Positions 1 through 9,559 of a DNA stretch of 38,585 nucleotides are shown one piece after another. The stretch covers positions 1-38,585 of the forward strand of contig BTVV01000054.1 in assembly GCA_045863855.1 (NCBI GenBank), written 5' to 3'. The notes under the pieces were generated by a model. The model had not been told where the DNA came from. It worked only from the letters and a program-made list of their open reading frames with translations, and ran no database searches. Both the position numbers and the translations under genes were made by a program. This stretch comes from Planctomycetota bacterium (GTDB taxonomy: Bacteria; Planctomycetota; SZUA-567; H5-PLA8). Each line of letters starts with the position of its first letter. Position 1 is the first letter of the stretch.

Positions 1-2321
1 GTAAGCAGATACCGGTTTCGCCTTCGGCGCGCGGTACTTCTCAATCGTCCATGACTCCGGCACGACGCGGCGCACGCGGCGCGACCCCTGCGCAAGGCCC
101 GTTGCGTGGTCCGGCTTCCGCTGGGTCTATGCCCGTTGCCGCGTATGCCGCCTTGGGGGGCGGTGTTGTTTTGGTGCTGGTCGGAGCATTCTTGATCTTC
201 GGCGGCAAGTCTAAAGCTCCTGTCGAAGTCGCCAAGCGTCCGAGTTCGACCAAGACTCCCGAGCCGGTTACGCAACGCCTACCAGCACCTCCGATTGCTC
301 CTTCGAGTCCGCCGGTTCTTCCCGCGCGGGCCCCCGCGGCCGAGGTTACTGAGGCGAAGCCGAGGGAGTTAACGCCCAAGGAGTTATACGAACAGAAGGT
401 GAAGGCTGGTTTGATTAAGCCCTCGGAGCCCCAATCGGCCGAGGTTCAGCCTGCTGCTCAGACGGTTGCCGTTCAGTCGTCCGCACCGGGGGTGCCGATG
501 GGCGCGGCTCAGCCGCTTTGGAACGAGACCAGCCTGAGCGAATGGCGCACCGGCGGCGGGCGCTGGAGCGTGTCCGATGCGCAACTGCTGGTGAAAAGCG
601 ACGGTCCCGACAAGACCGCTCGCATCGAAACCGTCGCTTCGTTTGGGGCCTACGATTGGACAGGGCAGGTGCGCCTGGACGGCCCTGGAACCGTTAGTCT
701 GGTCCCGCGTGTGGGGAGCATGCGCGCTGTTCTTCCGCTTAATACGGGCGTTTGGTCTGCGTTTCGAGTCACCTGTGTTCAGGGCGATCCGGTCTTGACG
801 CTGGATGGGAAAACGATTCCCTGGGGCCATCTCGATCGCTCGGTCACGGAAGGCGCCCTTGCGCTCGAACTGGCCGGCGAGGGAGAGGTGCGTTTCAAGG
901 ATTTGCGCATTGCGCTCCCCGCCGCGAAGGGCGAATGGATATCGCTGTTTGACGGTCAGAGCCTCGCCCAATGGACAGAGGCCAAAGGCCGGTTCGAAAT
1001 TCGCGATGGAGTGATTGTAGGAGACGCGACCAAGCCCGAACAGACTTCCGTTCGGCTCGACTCCAAGGCTTTGTACGATTCGGGCGAAGTTGAGTACAAA
1101 TTTCGGCTGACAGGGCATCGTTACAAAGAACTCAATCTCGTGAATGCGGATGACAGCGATTGGATTTCGTACGACTTGTCGGCTGACGTGGGGACCTGGC
1201 ATCAGGTGCGACTGGTTCTGGGCGGCGAGCGGCCGGTGGTGGAACTCGACGGAAAGGTAATGCCGGTCCCCAAGGTATTGGCCGCAAAGAGCTATAGGAT
1301 TGCCTTTTGGAAGGGCAACAACAGCACGATCGAACTCAAAGACCTTCGATATCGCCCATTGGCTCCGGCAACCCCGCCCGAGAAAGCGAAACTTACCGCC
1401 GAATGGACGAGCCTCTTTGACGGGGCCACCCTTGCGGGCTGGCAGGGCCGCAAGGGTGAGTGGAAGGTGCTGGAGGGAGCGCTCACGGCCGATGCAGGCG
1501 CGTCACCGGAAGGGAGCGCGCGGATCGATTCGGCTGCGACGTACGAAAACTTCGAGCTGACGGGCCAAATGTTGCATACGGGGCATCCCGTGATCGAAGT
1601 GCGGCTGATCGAATTGGCCAACCCGAACGCACGCCATCTCTTCAAGCCCAAGCCCGCATACGATAGGTGGCTGCCGTTCGTGCTTCGCTATAAGGGTGGG
1701 CAGCCCGAACTGACCGTGAACGGGCAAGCGCAATCCTTGGCTGAGCGAACGGGCGGTGAAGGCAGGCTTGTTATCTCTTTCCTGAAACCCAACAATGGAC
1801 ACTTGCACCTCAAAGATCTTCGCATTCGTTCGCTAGCCGACGGTGCTTCTACTTCTGCTCCTGCTCCTGTCACGGCGCAGGAAGCAGGTACTTCCGACTG
1901 GAAGACCTTGTTTAACGGTCAGGATTTGACCGGATGGATTACGACTCATGGCGAGTGGCGCGTGGTGGAGGGTGCGCTTGCGGCCACGGGTGCGCAGCGC
2001 AATCGTATCGAGAGCGCCGAAGGGTATGGTGACTTCGAGCTGGTGGCGCAAGTTCGCATGCCGCCTGGGACCCGGCACATCGAGATTCAGGTGCGCGAGT
2101 ACGGCCGCGTGTTCGAAATCAAGAATGCGGGCCAGCCGGGCGAGTGGCGTGAGGTGCGTATCCTGGCTCAAGGCGATGAAGTGACCTGCACCGTGGGCGG
2201 CGCGAAGGCCGACCAGACCCCAGACAGCGCCACCGCCAACCGCACCGGAAAAATTGCGCTGTATGCGAGTCCCGGGCATAAGCCCGAATGGAAAGACCTA
2301 AAAATCCGCGTGCTGAAGTAG
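1..2321 (+). CDS. Membrane-anchored protein with Pro-rich linker and four tandem DUF1080 (3-keto-disaccharide hydrolase-like beta-jelly-roll) domains; 5' truncated
   Basis: Frame is open from the window edge (KQIPVSPSARGTSQSS precedes ATG 51). TM segment AAYAALGGGVVLVLVGAFLIFGG, then a Pro/Ala linker. Four repeats start PLWNETSLSEW / SLFDGQSLAQW / SLFDGATLAGW / TLFNGQDLTGW and end (F/L/W)KDL(R/K)(I/Y). Confidence 0.85.
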   Translation, partial: KQIPVSPSARGTSQSSMTPARRGARGATPAQGPLRGPASAGSMPVAAYAALGGGVVLVLVGAFLIFGGKSKAPVEVAKRPSSTKTPEPVTQRLPAPPIAPSSPPVLPARAPAAEVTEAKPRELTPKELYEQKVKAGLIKPSEPQSAEVQPAAQTVAVQSSAPGVPMGAAQPLWNETSLSEWRTGGGRWSVSDAQLLVKSDGPDKTARIETVASFGAYDWTGQVRLDGPGTVSLVPRVGSMRAVLPLNTGVWSAFRVTCVQGDPVLTLDGKTIPWGHLDRSVTEGALALELAGEGEVRFKDLRIALPAAKGEWISLFDGQSLAQWTEAKGRFEIRDGVIVGDATKPEQTSVRLDSKALYDSGEVEYKFRLTGHRYKELNLVNADDSDWISYDLSADVGTWHQVRLVLGGERPVVELDGKVMPVPKVLAAKSYRIAFWKGNNSTIELKDLRYRPLAPATPPEKAKLTAEWTSLFDGATLAGWQGRKGEWKVLEGALTADAGASPEGSARIDSAATYENFELTGQMLHTGHPVIEVRLIELANPNARHLFKPKPAYDRWLPFVLRYKGGQPELTVNGQAQSLAERTGGEGRLVISFLKPNNGHLHLKDLRIRSLADGASTSAPAPVTAQEAGTSDWKTLFNGQDLTGWITTHGEWRVVEGALAATGAQRNRIESAEGYGDFELVAQVRMPPGTRHIEIQVREYGRVFEIKNAGQPGEWREVRILAQGDEVTCTVGGAKADQTPDSATANRTGKIALYASPGHKPEWKDLKIRVLK

Positions 2322-2327
2322 ACTCGC

Positions 2328-3179
2328 TCAAAACACCACACTATCGCTCGTTACCGGAGGAAGGGCATATCCGGCGGTGCTCAGCTCAAGAGCCAGCAAC
2401 TGCCCGCGCTCGGCTTCTGTTACACAAAGCGTCTTGAAGTCTTTCCCTCCGAAGCAGCAATTCGTCGGTTGCTTGCCCGGAACGTCCAGGCGTTCCGTTT
2501 CGCGGCCCTGAGCGTCGAAGACCTGTACGTGGCCCGCTCCAAAGACGGCCACGAAAAGGTTGCCTGCCGCGTCGAAAGCCATTCCGTCGGGCCCGTTGCC
2601 GCCTTCGGTTCGCGCGAAGGGGCGCCTGCCGCCCAGGCTTCCGTCCGGTTGGCGGTCCGCGATCCAGATGGTCTGGGTATGCGTTTCGGCGAAGACCAAC
2701 CGCGTGCCGTCGGGCGTGAGCGCCACGCCGTTGGGATACGCCAAGCCGGAAGCCTCCCGCGTTACTTTGCCGTCGCGGTCGCGCCGGTACAGCGCGCCGG
2801 CCGGATTCGATCGGCTGCTGCCGTGCGGATCGGTAAAGTAACAGCGCTCGGCAATCCCGAAGCACAGGTCGTTCGGCCCCAGGAAGGGCTGTCCGCTGCA
2901 ACCCTCGGCGATCAGCGCGGCCTGACGGGTGCCGGGGTCGAATCGCAGGAGCCCCTTGCGGTCCCGTTCACAGATCCAGAACGATCCGTCGGCGTGCCGT
3001 TTCATGCCGTTCGGCGCTGACGTGTCGAACACCCGCTCCAATCGTCCCGACGCATCCACCTTCGAAACGTGTCCGCCTTTCAATTCGACGAACCACCATT
3101 CTCGCGTGTCGCGGTTCCAGACGGGGCCTTCGGGAAAGAGCAGTCCTTGGGCCAGCACTTCGAAGTGCACGTGGCTCAT
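2328..3179 (-). CDS. SMP-30/gluconolactonase/LRE family six-bladed beta-propeller
   Basis: Motifs LFPEGPVW, PNDL, YFTDP, YPNGVALTPDG, GPDGMAFDAAGNLFVA, PTNCCFGG. Confidence 0.93.
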   Translation of the reverse strand: MSHVHFEVLAQGLLFPEGPVWNRDTREWWFVELKGGHVSKVDASGRLERVFDTSAPNGMKRHADGSFWICERDRKGLLRFDPGTRQAALIAEGCSGQPFLGPNDLCFGIAERCYFTDPHGSSRSNPAGALYRRDRDGKVTREASGLAYPNGVALTPDGTRLVFAETHTQTIWIADRQPDGSLGGRRPFARTEGGNGPDGMAFDAAGNLFVAVFGAGHVQVFDAQGRETERLDVPGKQPTNCCFGGKDFKTLCVTEAERGQLLALELSTAGYALPPVTSDSVVF

Positions 3180-3231
3180 CGGAGGCGCTCCTTTCGATTC
3201 GGGCTTGCGGGCGCGAGAAAAAACGGTTCTC

Positions 3232-3247
3232 TTGACGTAACGCTACC
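3232..3247. promoter_or_regulatory. Candidate -35 (TTGACG) overlapped by an imperfect palindromic operator GTAACGCTAC
   Basis: Lies in the divergent intergenic region 3180-3301. The same 9-mer GTAACGCTA recurs on the opposite strand at 17111-17119, upstream of the regulator gene. Confidence 0.35.
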
Positions 3248-3301
3248 ACCGCGCATGGCCTTCCGGCAAGCCGTGCGTGGACTGGCGCGGGAGGCCGCCA
3301 C

Positions 3302-4852
3302 GTGCGCACCCCCTACCTGTTGACCTTCGCGCTCGTACTGTTGGCCGTGGCTGCCGCCGTGGTGGACCGCCGCCCGGGTGTCGAAGACCGCGTGCATTCC
3401 GGCATGCGAGTCAAAGGCGCGCCAGATGCCGTTCCCCGGGCCGACGATGCCGTGCACCTCATTTATTGGGAGAAGTGGAACGGCTTCGAAGGCGAAGCGA
3501 TGCAGGCGTGCGTCAATGCGTTCAACCGCCACAGCGAGTTGGCGCATGCGTGGAGCGTAGCGCCGCCCCATTCCATGCCGCGGCCCGAAGGTGTTTCCGA
3601 GCGGCGCTGGAAGCGCTACGCGGATTCGGACTACCGCAAGCGATTCCTCGATCGCGCCGGCCGGCGCATCTACGTGCATATGCTCAGCGTGACCGAAGTG
3701 AACAAGAAAACGCGGCTCGCCGTGAGCGGCGGCACGCCGCCCGATATAGCCGGCTTGTGGTCGCGTGACGTGCCCGTCTTCGCGCAGTATCAGGCGGCCT
3801 TGCCGCTCGATGACTGGATCGCCCGCGACGGTCCCGACCCATCTGAGTACTACCCATGCTATTGGCAAATGGGGTTATACCAAGGCAAGATTTGGGCGCT
3901 GCCCACCACGCCTGCCACGGTGGCTTTGCATTGGAATAAAGAACTCTTCGCCGCCGCGGGACTCGACCCCGAACGCCCGCCCCGAACGCTCGCGGAACTC
4001 GACGCATACAATAAGAAGCTCACCTTGCGCGACGAGTCCGGCCGGATCGTGCGCATGGGCTTCCTGCCGACGGAGCCCGGTTGGTGGAATTACGCTTGGG
4101 GCAACTGGTTTGGCGGGCGGCACGTCAGCGACGACGGCCGCACGCTGCTGTGCGACACACAATCTTGGATCGACGCCTACGCTTGGCTCAACGCCATGGC
4201 CGCATTTTACGGTCGCGCCGAAGTCGCTGCGTTCAAGGGCGCCATGGGCAGCTTCGACTCTCCCGAGAACGGCTTCATCGCCGGCAAGGTCGCCATGGTC
4301 ATCCAGGGGGTCTGGATGGCCAACTTCATTCGCAATTACAACCCGGCGCTCAAGTGGGGCGCCGCGCCTTTTCCGGCTCCGGCGGCAACCGAACAGGATC
4401 CCGTCACCATCGCGCAGGCCGATGTCCTGATCGTCCCGCGTGACGGCGCGCATCCCGAAGAGGCTTGGAAGTTCGTTCGCTTCGTCAACAGCCGAGAGGA
4501 TCCTGGCGATCCCGAGTCCGAGATCGACGGCATGGAGATCCTCTGCCTGGGTCACGGAAAGCATGCTCCGTTCCGAGCCACCACGCAGGCGTTTCTGCAG
4601 GCGCATCCACACGAGCAGCTCAAAGTGTTCAGCGACTTGGCGGCGAGCAAGAATGCGATCATCGAGCCGATGATGCCGATGTGGGAAGAGTACCGCCGTG
4701 CCTGCATCGCAAGTTTCGAAGAGGTCTGGACCAAAGGCGACCAGCCGGGGCACAGTCCCGCAGAGGTTCTCAAGCGCCTGAAAGAACGCCTTCAACCCAA
4801 GCTCGACCGCGAATGGGAAAAGCTGGACCGCATGACCCAGCCGGGAAGTTGA
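3302..4852 (+). CDS. ABC transporter sugar-binding protein (SBP family 1)
   Basis: N-terminal hydrophobic segment. Motifs SGGTPPDI, YQGKIWALP, LHWNKELFAAAGLDPERPPRTLAEL, FIAGKVAMVIQGVW, HPEEAWKFVRF. GTG start with a GGGAGG RBS upstream. Confidence 0.9.
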   Translation: MRTPYLLTFALVLLAVAAAVVDRRPGVEDRVHSGMRVKGAPDAVPRADDAVHLIYWEKWNGFEGEAMQACVNAFNRHSELAHAWSVAPPHSMPRPEGVSERRWKRYADSDYRKRFLDRAGRRIYVHMLSVTEVNKKTRLAVSGGTPPDIAGLWSRDVPVFAQYQAALPLDDWIARDGPDPSEYYPCYWQMGLYQGKIWALPTTPATVALHWNKELFAAAGLDPERPPRTLAELDAYNKKLTLRDESGRIVRMGFLPTEPGWWNYAWGNWFGGRHVSDDGRTLLCDTQSWIDAYAWLNAMAAFYGRAEVAAFKGAMGSFDSPENGFIAGKVAMVIQGVWMANFIRNYNPALKWGAAPFPAPAATEQDPVTIAQADVLIVPRDGAHPEEAWKFVRFVNSREDPGDPESEIDGMEILCLGHGKHAPFRATTQAFLQAHPHEQLKVFSDLAASKNAIIEPMMPMWEEYRRACIASFEEVWTKGDQPGHSPAEVLKRLKERLQPKLDREWEKLDRMTQPGS

Positions 4853-5008
4853 GCATGCTTAAGGTGCTCGGAGTCCAAGGATTGCGTGCAGCATGGACGC
4901 GGCCGGCGGACTCCCACTTTTCAGGGACTCAATTTGCCGTTTCCCGGGTCTGGTATCAGCGGTAGGCTTCCAAGCGGGGCGGGGTTTCCGCATAGGGGAG
5001 TGCGAAGC

Positions 5009-6049
5009 GTGTTGAGGATCGTTACCGCGGTTTTGATTGGAGCCGCTTTGCAGGCCGCCGTGCTTCTGGCCGGTGAAGTTGAAAGCACGCCCGGCGATCC
5101 CAACTTTCGCGAGATCACGGACAAGCAGGAGCAGGCCATCGAAAAGGGCCTCGCTTGGCTCGCGCGCAGCCAGAACCGTGACGGCGGCTGGGGTAACGAG
5201 GGTGGGGGCGGGCAATACCGCATGGCGATGACCGGCTTGGCCGGCATGGCCTTTTTGTCCGCCGGACATACGCAGGCCCGCGGCAAGTACGGCAAGAACG
5301 TTTCCAGAGCCGTGGATTTTTGCCTGAAGCATCAGCAGCGCGACGGTCTCCTCACCGAAAACGACGGTCAGAGTATGTACGGGCATGGGTTCGCCATGAC
5401 GTTCCTGGCGCAGGCCTACGGTATGGATCCCGCGAGCGAGCAGGCTCCCGACATCAAAGGGTGCCTCGAACGCGCGGTTAAAATCACCGCGCGCGCGCAG
5501 TCGAGCTGGGGCGGTTGGTACTATTCGCCCAACAGCGGGAACGACGAAGGATCGGTGACGATCACCCAAGTGCAGGCGTTGCGGGCTTGCGCGAATGTCG
5601 GCATCGATGTGTCCGATCGCGTGATGAAGATGTCGCTCAGCTACATCCATAAGTCGCAGAACGCCGACGGCGGAGTGCGCTACACCGCGCGTTCGGGCGG
5701 CGGCAGTTCTTTGGCGCTTACCGCCGCAGGCGCCGAACTGCTGATGATGGCCGGACAATACGATGCGCCGGAGACGAAGAAGGCCATCGATTACCTCAAG
5801 CGCAATCTCGACCCGGGCGCGACCCGCGGCTACCACGATTTCTATACTAACTACTACGGCGCACAGGCCATGGCGCAAGTTGGCGGCAAGGAGTGGCAGC
5901 AGTATTTCGGCAAACTGCGCGAGCGGCTCATCACGTCCCAAGGCGGGGGCGGCGAATGGAGCGGAAACATCGGCAGCACGTATTGCACGTCCGTGGCCGT
6001 CGCGATCCTCTGCATACCTTACCAGTACCTGCCCATCTGGCAGAAGTAG
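5009..6049 (+). CDS. Secreted prenyltransferase/squalene-oxidase repeat (alpha/alpha toroid) protein
   Basis: QW-like repeats: GLAWLARSQNRDGGWG, AQSSWGGWYY, YIHKSQNADGG, LITSQGGGGEW. Also MYGHGFA and DEGSVTITQVQALRA. Start moved from 4886 to GTG 5009 because GGGGAG at 4995-5000 precedes a signal peptide MLRIVTAVLIGAALQAAVLLA. Confidence 0.85.
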   Translation: MLRIVTAVLIGAALQAAVLLAGEVESTPGDPNFREITDKQEQAIEKGLAWLARSQNRDGGWGNEGGGGQYRMAMTGLAGMAFLSAGHTQARGKYGKNVSRAVDFCLKHQQRDGLLTENDGQSMYGHGFAMTFLAQAYGMDPASEQAPDIKGCLERAVKITARAQSSWGGWYYSPNSGNDEGSVTITQVQALRACANVGIDVSDRVMKMSLSYIHKSQNADGGVRYTARSGGGSSLALTAAGAELLMMAGQYDAPETKKAIDYLKRNLDPGATRGYHDFYTNYYGAQAMAQVGGKEWQQYFGKLRERLITSQGGGGEWSGNIGSTYCTSVAVAILCIPYQYLPIWQK

Positions 6050-6055
6050 GCTGCC

Positions 6056-7534
6056 ATGCCGGCGTTTCCGCATGCGCCGGGCCTTCGAGCTTCGCACCTC
6101 TCCAGTAGACCCGTTCTTTTCGGTCTTATCGTACTTGCTTGCTTGTCTGCGCCCGATCTGACCGCGCTGACGGCGCCCGCACCGGTCCACGAATGGATCG
6201 AACGTGACCGACCAATGCCCGCTGTGAGCGAAGCGCTGATGGCCGCCGCCGTCCGTCCCGCGGACGCGCAAGCCTGGGCCGATCTGGCTGCGGCCTTGTT
6301 TCGAAGCGGCGACTTCGACGGCGCCGAACGCGCGGCGCGGCGCGCGCTTAGGATCAACTCCGGAAACGCCGATGCGTTCGTCGCTTTGGGCCGAGCCTTG
6401 GCAACGAAAGGCGCGGGGAAGGATGCGCGCGCACAATACCAAAGCGCGCTGGCCCACGCGCCTCAACATCCCGCCGCATTGCGGTTGCTGGCCGCCGCGC
6501 TGGATTTGAACGACGAACGGCCCCGCGTTCTGGAACTTGCCCGCGCATACCTGGCCCTCGAGCGCTCAGGACCGCCGGTCTTTGCCGAGCATCTCAAAGG
6601 GGCCGTGAAGCTCATCGAAGCGCTGGGCGATACGCGCGTCAACGTGGCGCCCCCGGAGGCCGAACGCCCCGATCGCATCGCGGTGCCGCTGTCACTGGCC
6701 GAAGGCCTGCGCGTCGAGTTTCAGCATGCGAACGGGAAGCCGTTTTCTTGCTTGCTCGACACCGGTGAGGAGTCGCTCACCCTGACGGCCGCCACCGCCG
6801 AGGCCTTGGGCGCGAAACCCGTCGGCGCGTTGCTCAACGCCACCGCCACGGGCCTGGCTGAAATGCGGACCGTGCTGGTTCCGGAACTGCGCATGGGCGC
6901 CTGGAAGCTTTCGAATGTGCTGGCTTCCATCGGACAGCACGACATCGCCGGTCCCGCGCTCTTCGGCGGCTATCGCGTAAAGATCGACTGGGTTCGCCGC
7001 GAACTGACGCTTATGCGTGAGCCCAGAAAGGCGAAAGCCGGCCCCGTGTCCGATCCAGGCGACCTTGCCGCGCCGGCCGGCTTCCACACCTTTCGCTTTC
7101 GCCGGCTGGGCGGCATCGTCTGCGTGCCCTTGGAGGCGCCGGAGGGCCCCGACCTGCTCCGCGCGCGTCCGGCCTGGGGTATTCTGGACAGCGGGTGCGA
7201 GCCCGGCGCCGTGCTGTTTCCGCGCTTTTTCGATGCGCTGAAGCGTACCCCGGGTGGTGGGCCGCTGGCGTTGCCCGTACCCAACGCTTTGGAGGGGGCG
7301 GCCGAAACCCGCGCGAGCGGCGCCACGCTGGTTGTTCCGAATGTGCGGCTGAGTTTCCTGGGGCAGACCCGCAACGCAAGCATGGCGTACGTATCCGCGG
7401 AAGTTGCCACCATCAACCGCGTCGTCGAAGCCGAACTGGATGCCATTCTCGGCTGGCCGCTGATCTACGGCAGCTTCAAGTCCCTGGAACTGGACTTCGA
7501 GCGCTGCGTGCTGGTGGTTGAACCGCGCCGGTAA
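6056..7534 (+). CDS. TPR-containing protein with two retropepsin-like aspartic protease lobes
   Basis: Signal-like N-terminus, then TPRs (PADAQAWADLA, GDFDGAERAARRAL, PQHPAAL). Lobe 1 CLLDTG...DIAG...IDW; lobe 2 GILDSG...DAILG...LDFE. Confidence 0.8.
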   Translation: MPAFPHAPGLRASHLSSRPVLFGLIVLACLSAPDLTALTAPAPVHEWIERDRPMPAVSEALMAAAVRPADAQAWADLAAALFRSGDFDGAERAARRALRINSGNADAFVALGRALATKGAGKDARAQYQSALAHAPQHPAALRLLAAALDLNDERPRVLELARAYLALERSGPPVFAEHLKGAVKLIEALGDTRVNVAPPEAERPDRIAVPLSLAEGLRVEFQHANGKPFSCLLDTGEESLTLTAATAEALGAKPVGALLNATATGLAEMRTVLVPELRMGAWKLSNVLASIGQHDIAGPALFGGYRVKIDWVRRELTLMREPRKAKAGPVSDPGDLAAPAGFHTFRFRRLGGIVCVPLEAPEGPDLLRARPAWGILDSGCEPGAVLFPRFFDALKRTPGGGPLALPVPNALEGAAETRASGATLVVPNVRLSFLGQTRNASMAYVSAEVATINRVVEAELDAILGWPLIYGSFKSLELDFERCVLVVEPRR

Positions 7535-7553
7535 AGGATCGCGTGAGCCGGAT

Positions 7554-9020
7554 TCAAAGGCCCAATCGCGACCACTGTTCCGCCGGCGCTTCGCAGGCTT
7601 TCAAGTGTGCTCGAATCCGTTCGGTCAGGCGGGCTTCCAGCGTGGCATCCTGGACCGGCTGCTGCTGCCGGTAGTCGCTTTGCAGGTCGAAAACCTCGTG
7701 ACGCCCGGCATAGGATGGCTCGCCCGCGTGCGCCTTCGGCGGCCCGCCACCGGCTGGGATCTTGTAAAGCGGGAAGTTGTAAGCGTGGCCGAAGAAGCGC
7801 CCCATTTCGATCTTGGAGTACAGGTCGCGATTTTTTGCCCATTCGCGCTTGGTGGGCATCGCTGTGTACTCGAAGATTTCCGGAGCCTTTTCGTCCACGG
7901 GATTGCGCATGTACACGTGGCGCCCGTCGACGAGGTTTAGCGCCTTGCCGAAGTAACCGAAGATCGCGTCGCTGCGTGTGGGCCGGCCGTCCAGTGCCTT
8001 GAGGACGCTGTGCCCGTAGACATGCGGTGTAATCGCGCAGCCGTGGTGCTCCAGGATGGTTGGCATCACGTCGATGGTCTGGGTCAGCGCCGAACTGCGC
8101 GTGCCGGCCTTGGCCGAACCCGGCAAATGCGCGAGCAAGGGAATATGCGCGATCTCGTTGTAGACCGGCATGTAATTCTTCATCCAGTAGTTGTGCTCGG
8201 CGAGCATCGTGCCGTGATCGGTGGTCAGGATCACCAGCGTATCTTTCCAGCGGTCTTGCCGGTCGAGCGCGTCGAAGATCTTACCCACCCAGTGGTCGGT
8301 CATCGTCAGGAGCCCGGCGTAGCACTTCTTAATGTGCTCGATGGCTTCGGGGTCGTCCTTCACCTCGTTGTAGTCGGGCCAGTCGTAGAGCGGACCCTTC
8401 CAGGTGTCTCCGTACATCTCGCGGTACTTGTCCGTGCAATAGAACGGCTCGTGCGGATCGAAGATTTCGACCTGCAAAAACCAGTTGTCCGAATTGCGGT
8501 TGTCGTCCAGCCAGCGCACGGCGGCCTGGGAGGTCTGTGCCGCGCTGAAGTCTTCTTCTTTCAGTTGCCGCTGCCGATTCTGCCAGTTCTGCGGCTTCAT
8601 GCGCGTCGAGAGCGTTTCAGGCAGCGCCATGCGGTCCACCAGGCTCACCCACGGATCGCTTTCCTGTCCGCGGTAGAAGTCCCACGTGTCGAACGCGGTA
8701 TGATAATTTTCGCTGCCCATCTCGAAGTAGTGATAATGGTCGGTAATCAGGTGCGAGAATACTTTGCGTTTACGCAGCTCCACCGGCAGGACGTCATCGA
8801 AGGGCTCTATCGGCCCCCAACTGCGGTGCAGGAAGTTGTGCCGTCCGGTCATGAACTCGCGCCGCGCCGGCATGCAGGGCAGGGAGCCCACCCAGTGATT
8901 GTCGAAGGCGACCCCGCGTTCGGCCAGCCGCGTCAGATTCGGGCTGTGCACCCAATCGTTGCCGTAGCAGCGCAGATAATCTCGCCGCAGCGTATCGAGG
9001 ACGATGAGCAGCGTTCGCAT
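7554..9020 (-). CDS. Cys-type (formylglycine-dependent) sulfatase, probably cytoplasmic
   Basis: Motifs LIVLDTLRRD, CMPARREFMTG (CxPxR), FDPHEPF, TTDHG, HIPLL. No signal peptide. Confidence 0.93.
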   Translation of the reverse strand: MRTLLIVLDTLRRDYLRCYGNDWVHSPNLTRLAERGVAFDNHWVGSLPCMPARREFMTGRHNFLHRSWGPIEPFDDVLPVELRKRKVFSHLITDHYHYFEMGSENYHTAFDTWDFYRGQESDPWVSLVDRMALPETLSTRMKPQNWQNRQRQLKEEDFSAAQTSQAAVRWLDDNRNSDNWFLQVEIFDPHEPFYCTDKYREMYGDTWKGPLYDWPDYNEVKDDPEAIEHIKKCYAGLLTMTDHWVGKIFDALDRQDRWKDTLVILTTDHGTMLAEHNYWMKNYMPVYNEIAHIPLLAHLPGSAKAGTRSSALTQTIDVMPTILEHHGCAITPHVYGHSVLKALDGRPTRSDAIFGYFGKALNLVDGRHVYMRNPVDEKAPEIFEYTAMPTKREWAKNRDLYSKIEMGRFFGHAYNFPLYKIPAGGGPPKAHAGEPSYAGRHEVFDLQSDYRQQQPVQDATLEARLTERIRAHLKACEAPAEQWSRLGL

Positions 9021-9090
9021 GAACGGGCGCCTCCAAGGTGAGGGGAAGCATGCATTTTAACGAAAAGGCCCGCAGGCGCGAGCACGCTCG

Positions 9091-9559
9091 CTACTTCTTC
9101 CCGGCGGCTTCCGCAGCTCGCTTGGCTTCCTATGCCCGAAGCTGTTCCAGCGTCGCCGTTGCCGGCTTGCCGATTGTATCGGCGGGAAACGTCTTTAGCG
9201 GCAGTTCCTCGCGATTGGTCGCGCCGTCGCCGTCGGTAACTGCCGTGTCGACCTTTTTTGCGCTTCGGCTACGGTCTGCAGCTCGTGCGCATTGAAGGCG
9301 TAGCTCGAGTTCTTCCCTAGCATCGGCTACTTATCTTCCACGCCTTGCAGAGCCTTGCCGTGGTCGTTCAGAGTCTGGCGGCTCGGGCCATGCTTCGATT
9401 CATGGCAAAGATGGCATTTCCCATAGCTGGCATCCAGGCCATATAGGCCGCGCGCTACGATCAAGAACGCCTTCTGCTCGTGGGCTTCAGGTGCGAACCA
9501 CGCCAACCACCCATCCCGCCGACCACCGTCTTCAGCTTTCTGATCCTGTGCATAGGCAT
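9091..9559 (-). pseudogene. Decayed secreted mono-heme c-type protein (CxxCH plus DGDGxxNxEE motif)
   Basis: TAAGGAG RBS (9567-9573) lies 7 nt before ATG 9559 (MPMHRIRKLKTVVGGM). A frameshift near 9510 leads into LAWFAPEAH...YGKCHLCH...LNDHGKAL. In-frame TAG at 9327-9329. A frameshift at the T6 run 9254-9259 leads into KKVDTAVTDGDGATNREELPLKTFPAD. Further TAGs at 9130-9132 and 9091-9093. Confidence 0.7.

Noticed and set aside
5009..6049. Squalene-hopene cyclase call
   Set aside because: Too short (single toroid), carries a signal peptide, and has no DXDD motif. Only the repeat fold is supported.
9091..9329. TAG read-through (pyrrolysine or recoding) in the heme-protein region
   Set aside because: Frameshifts are also required to rebuild the protein, and TAG is used as a normal stop by several genes in the window.
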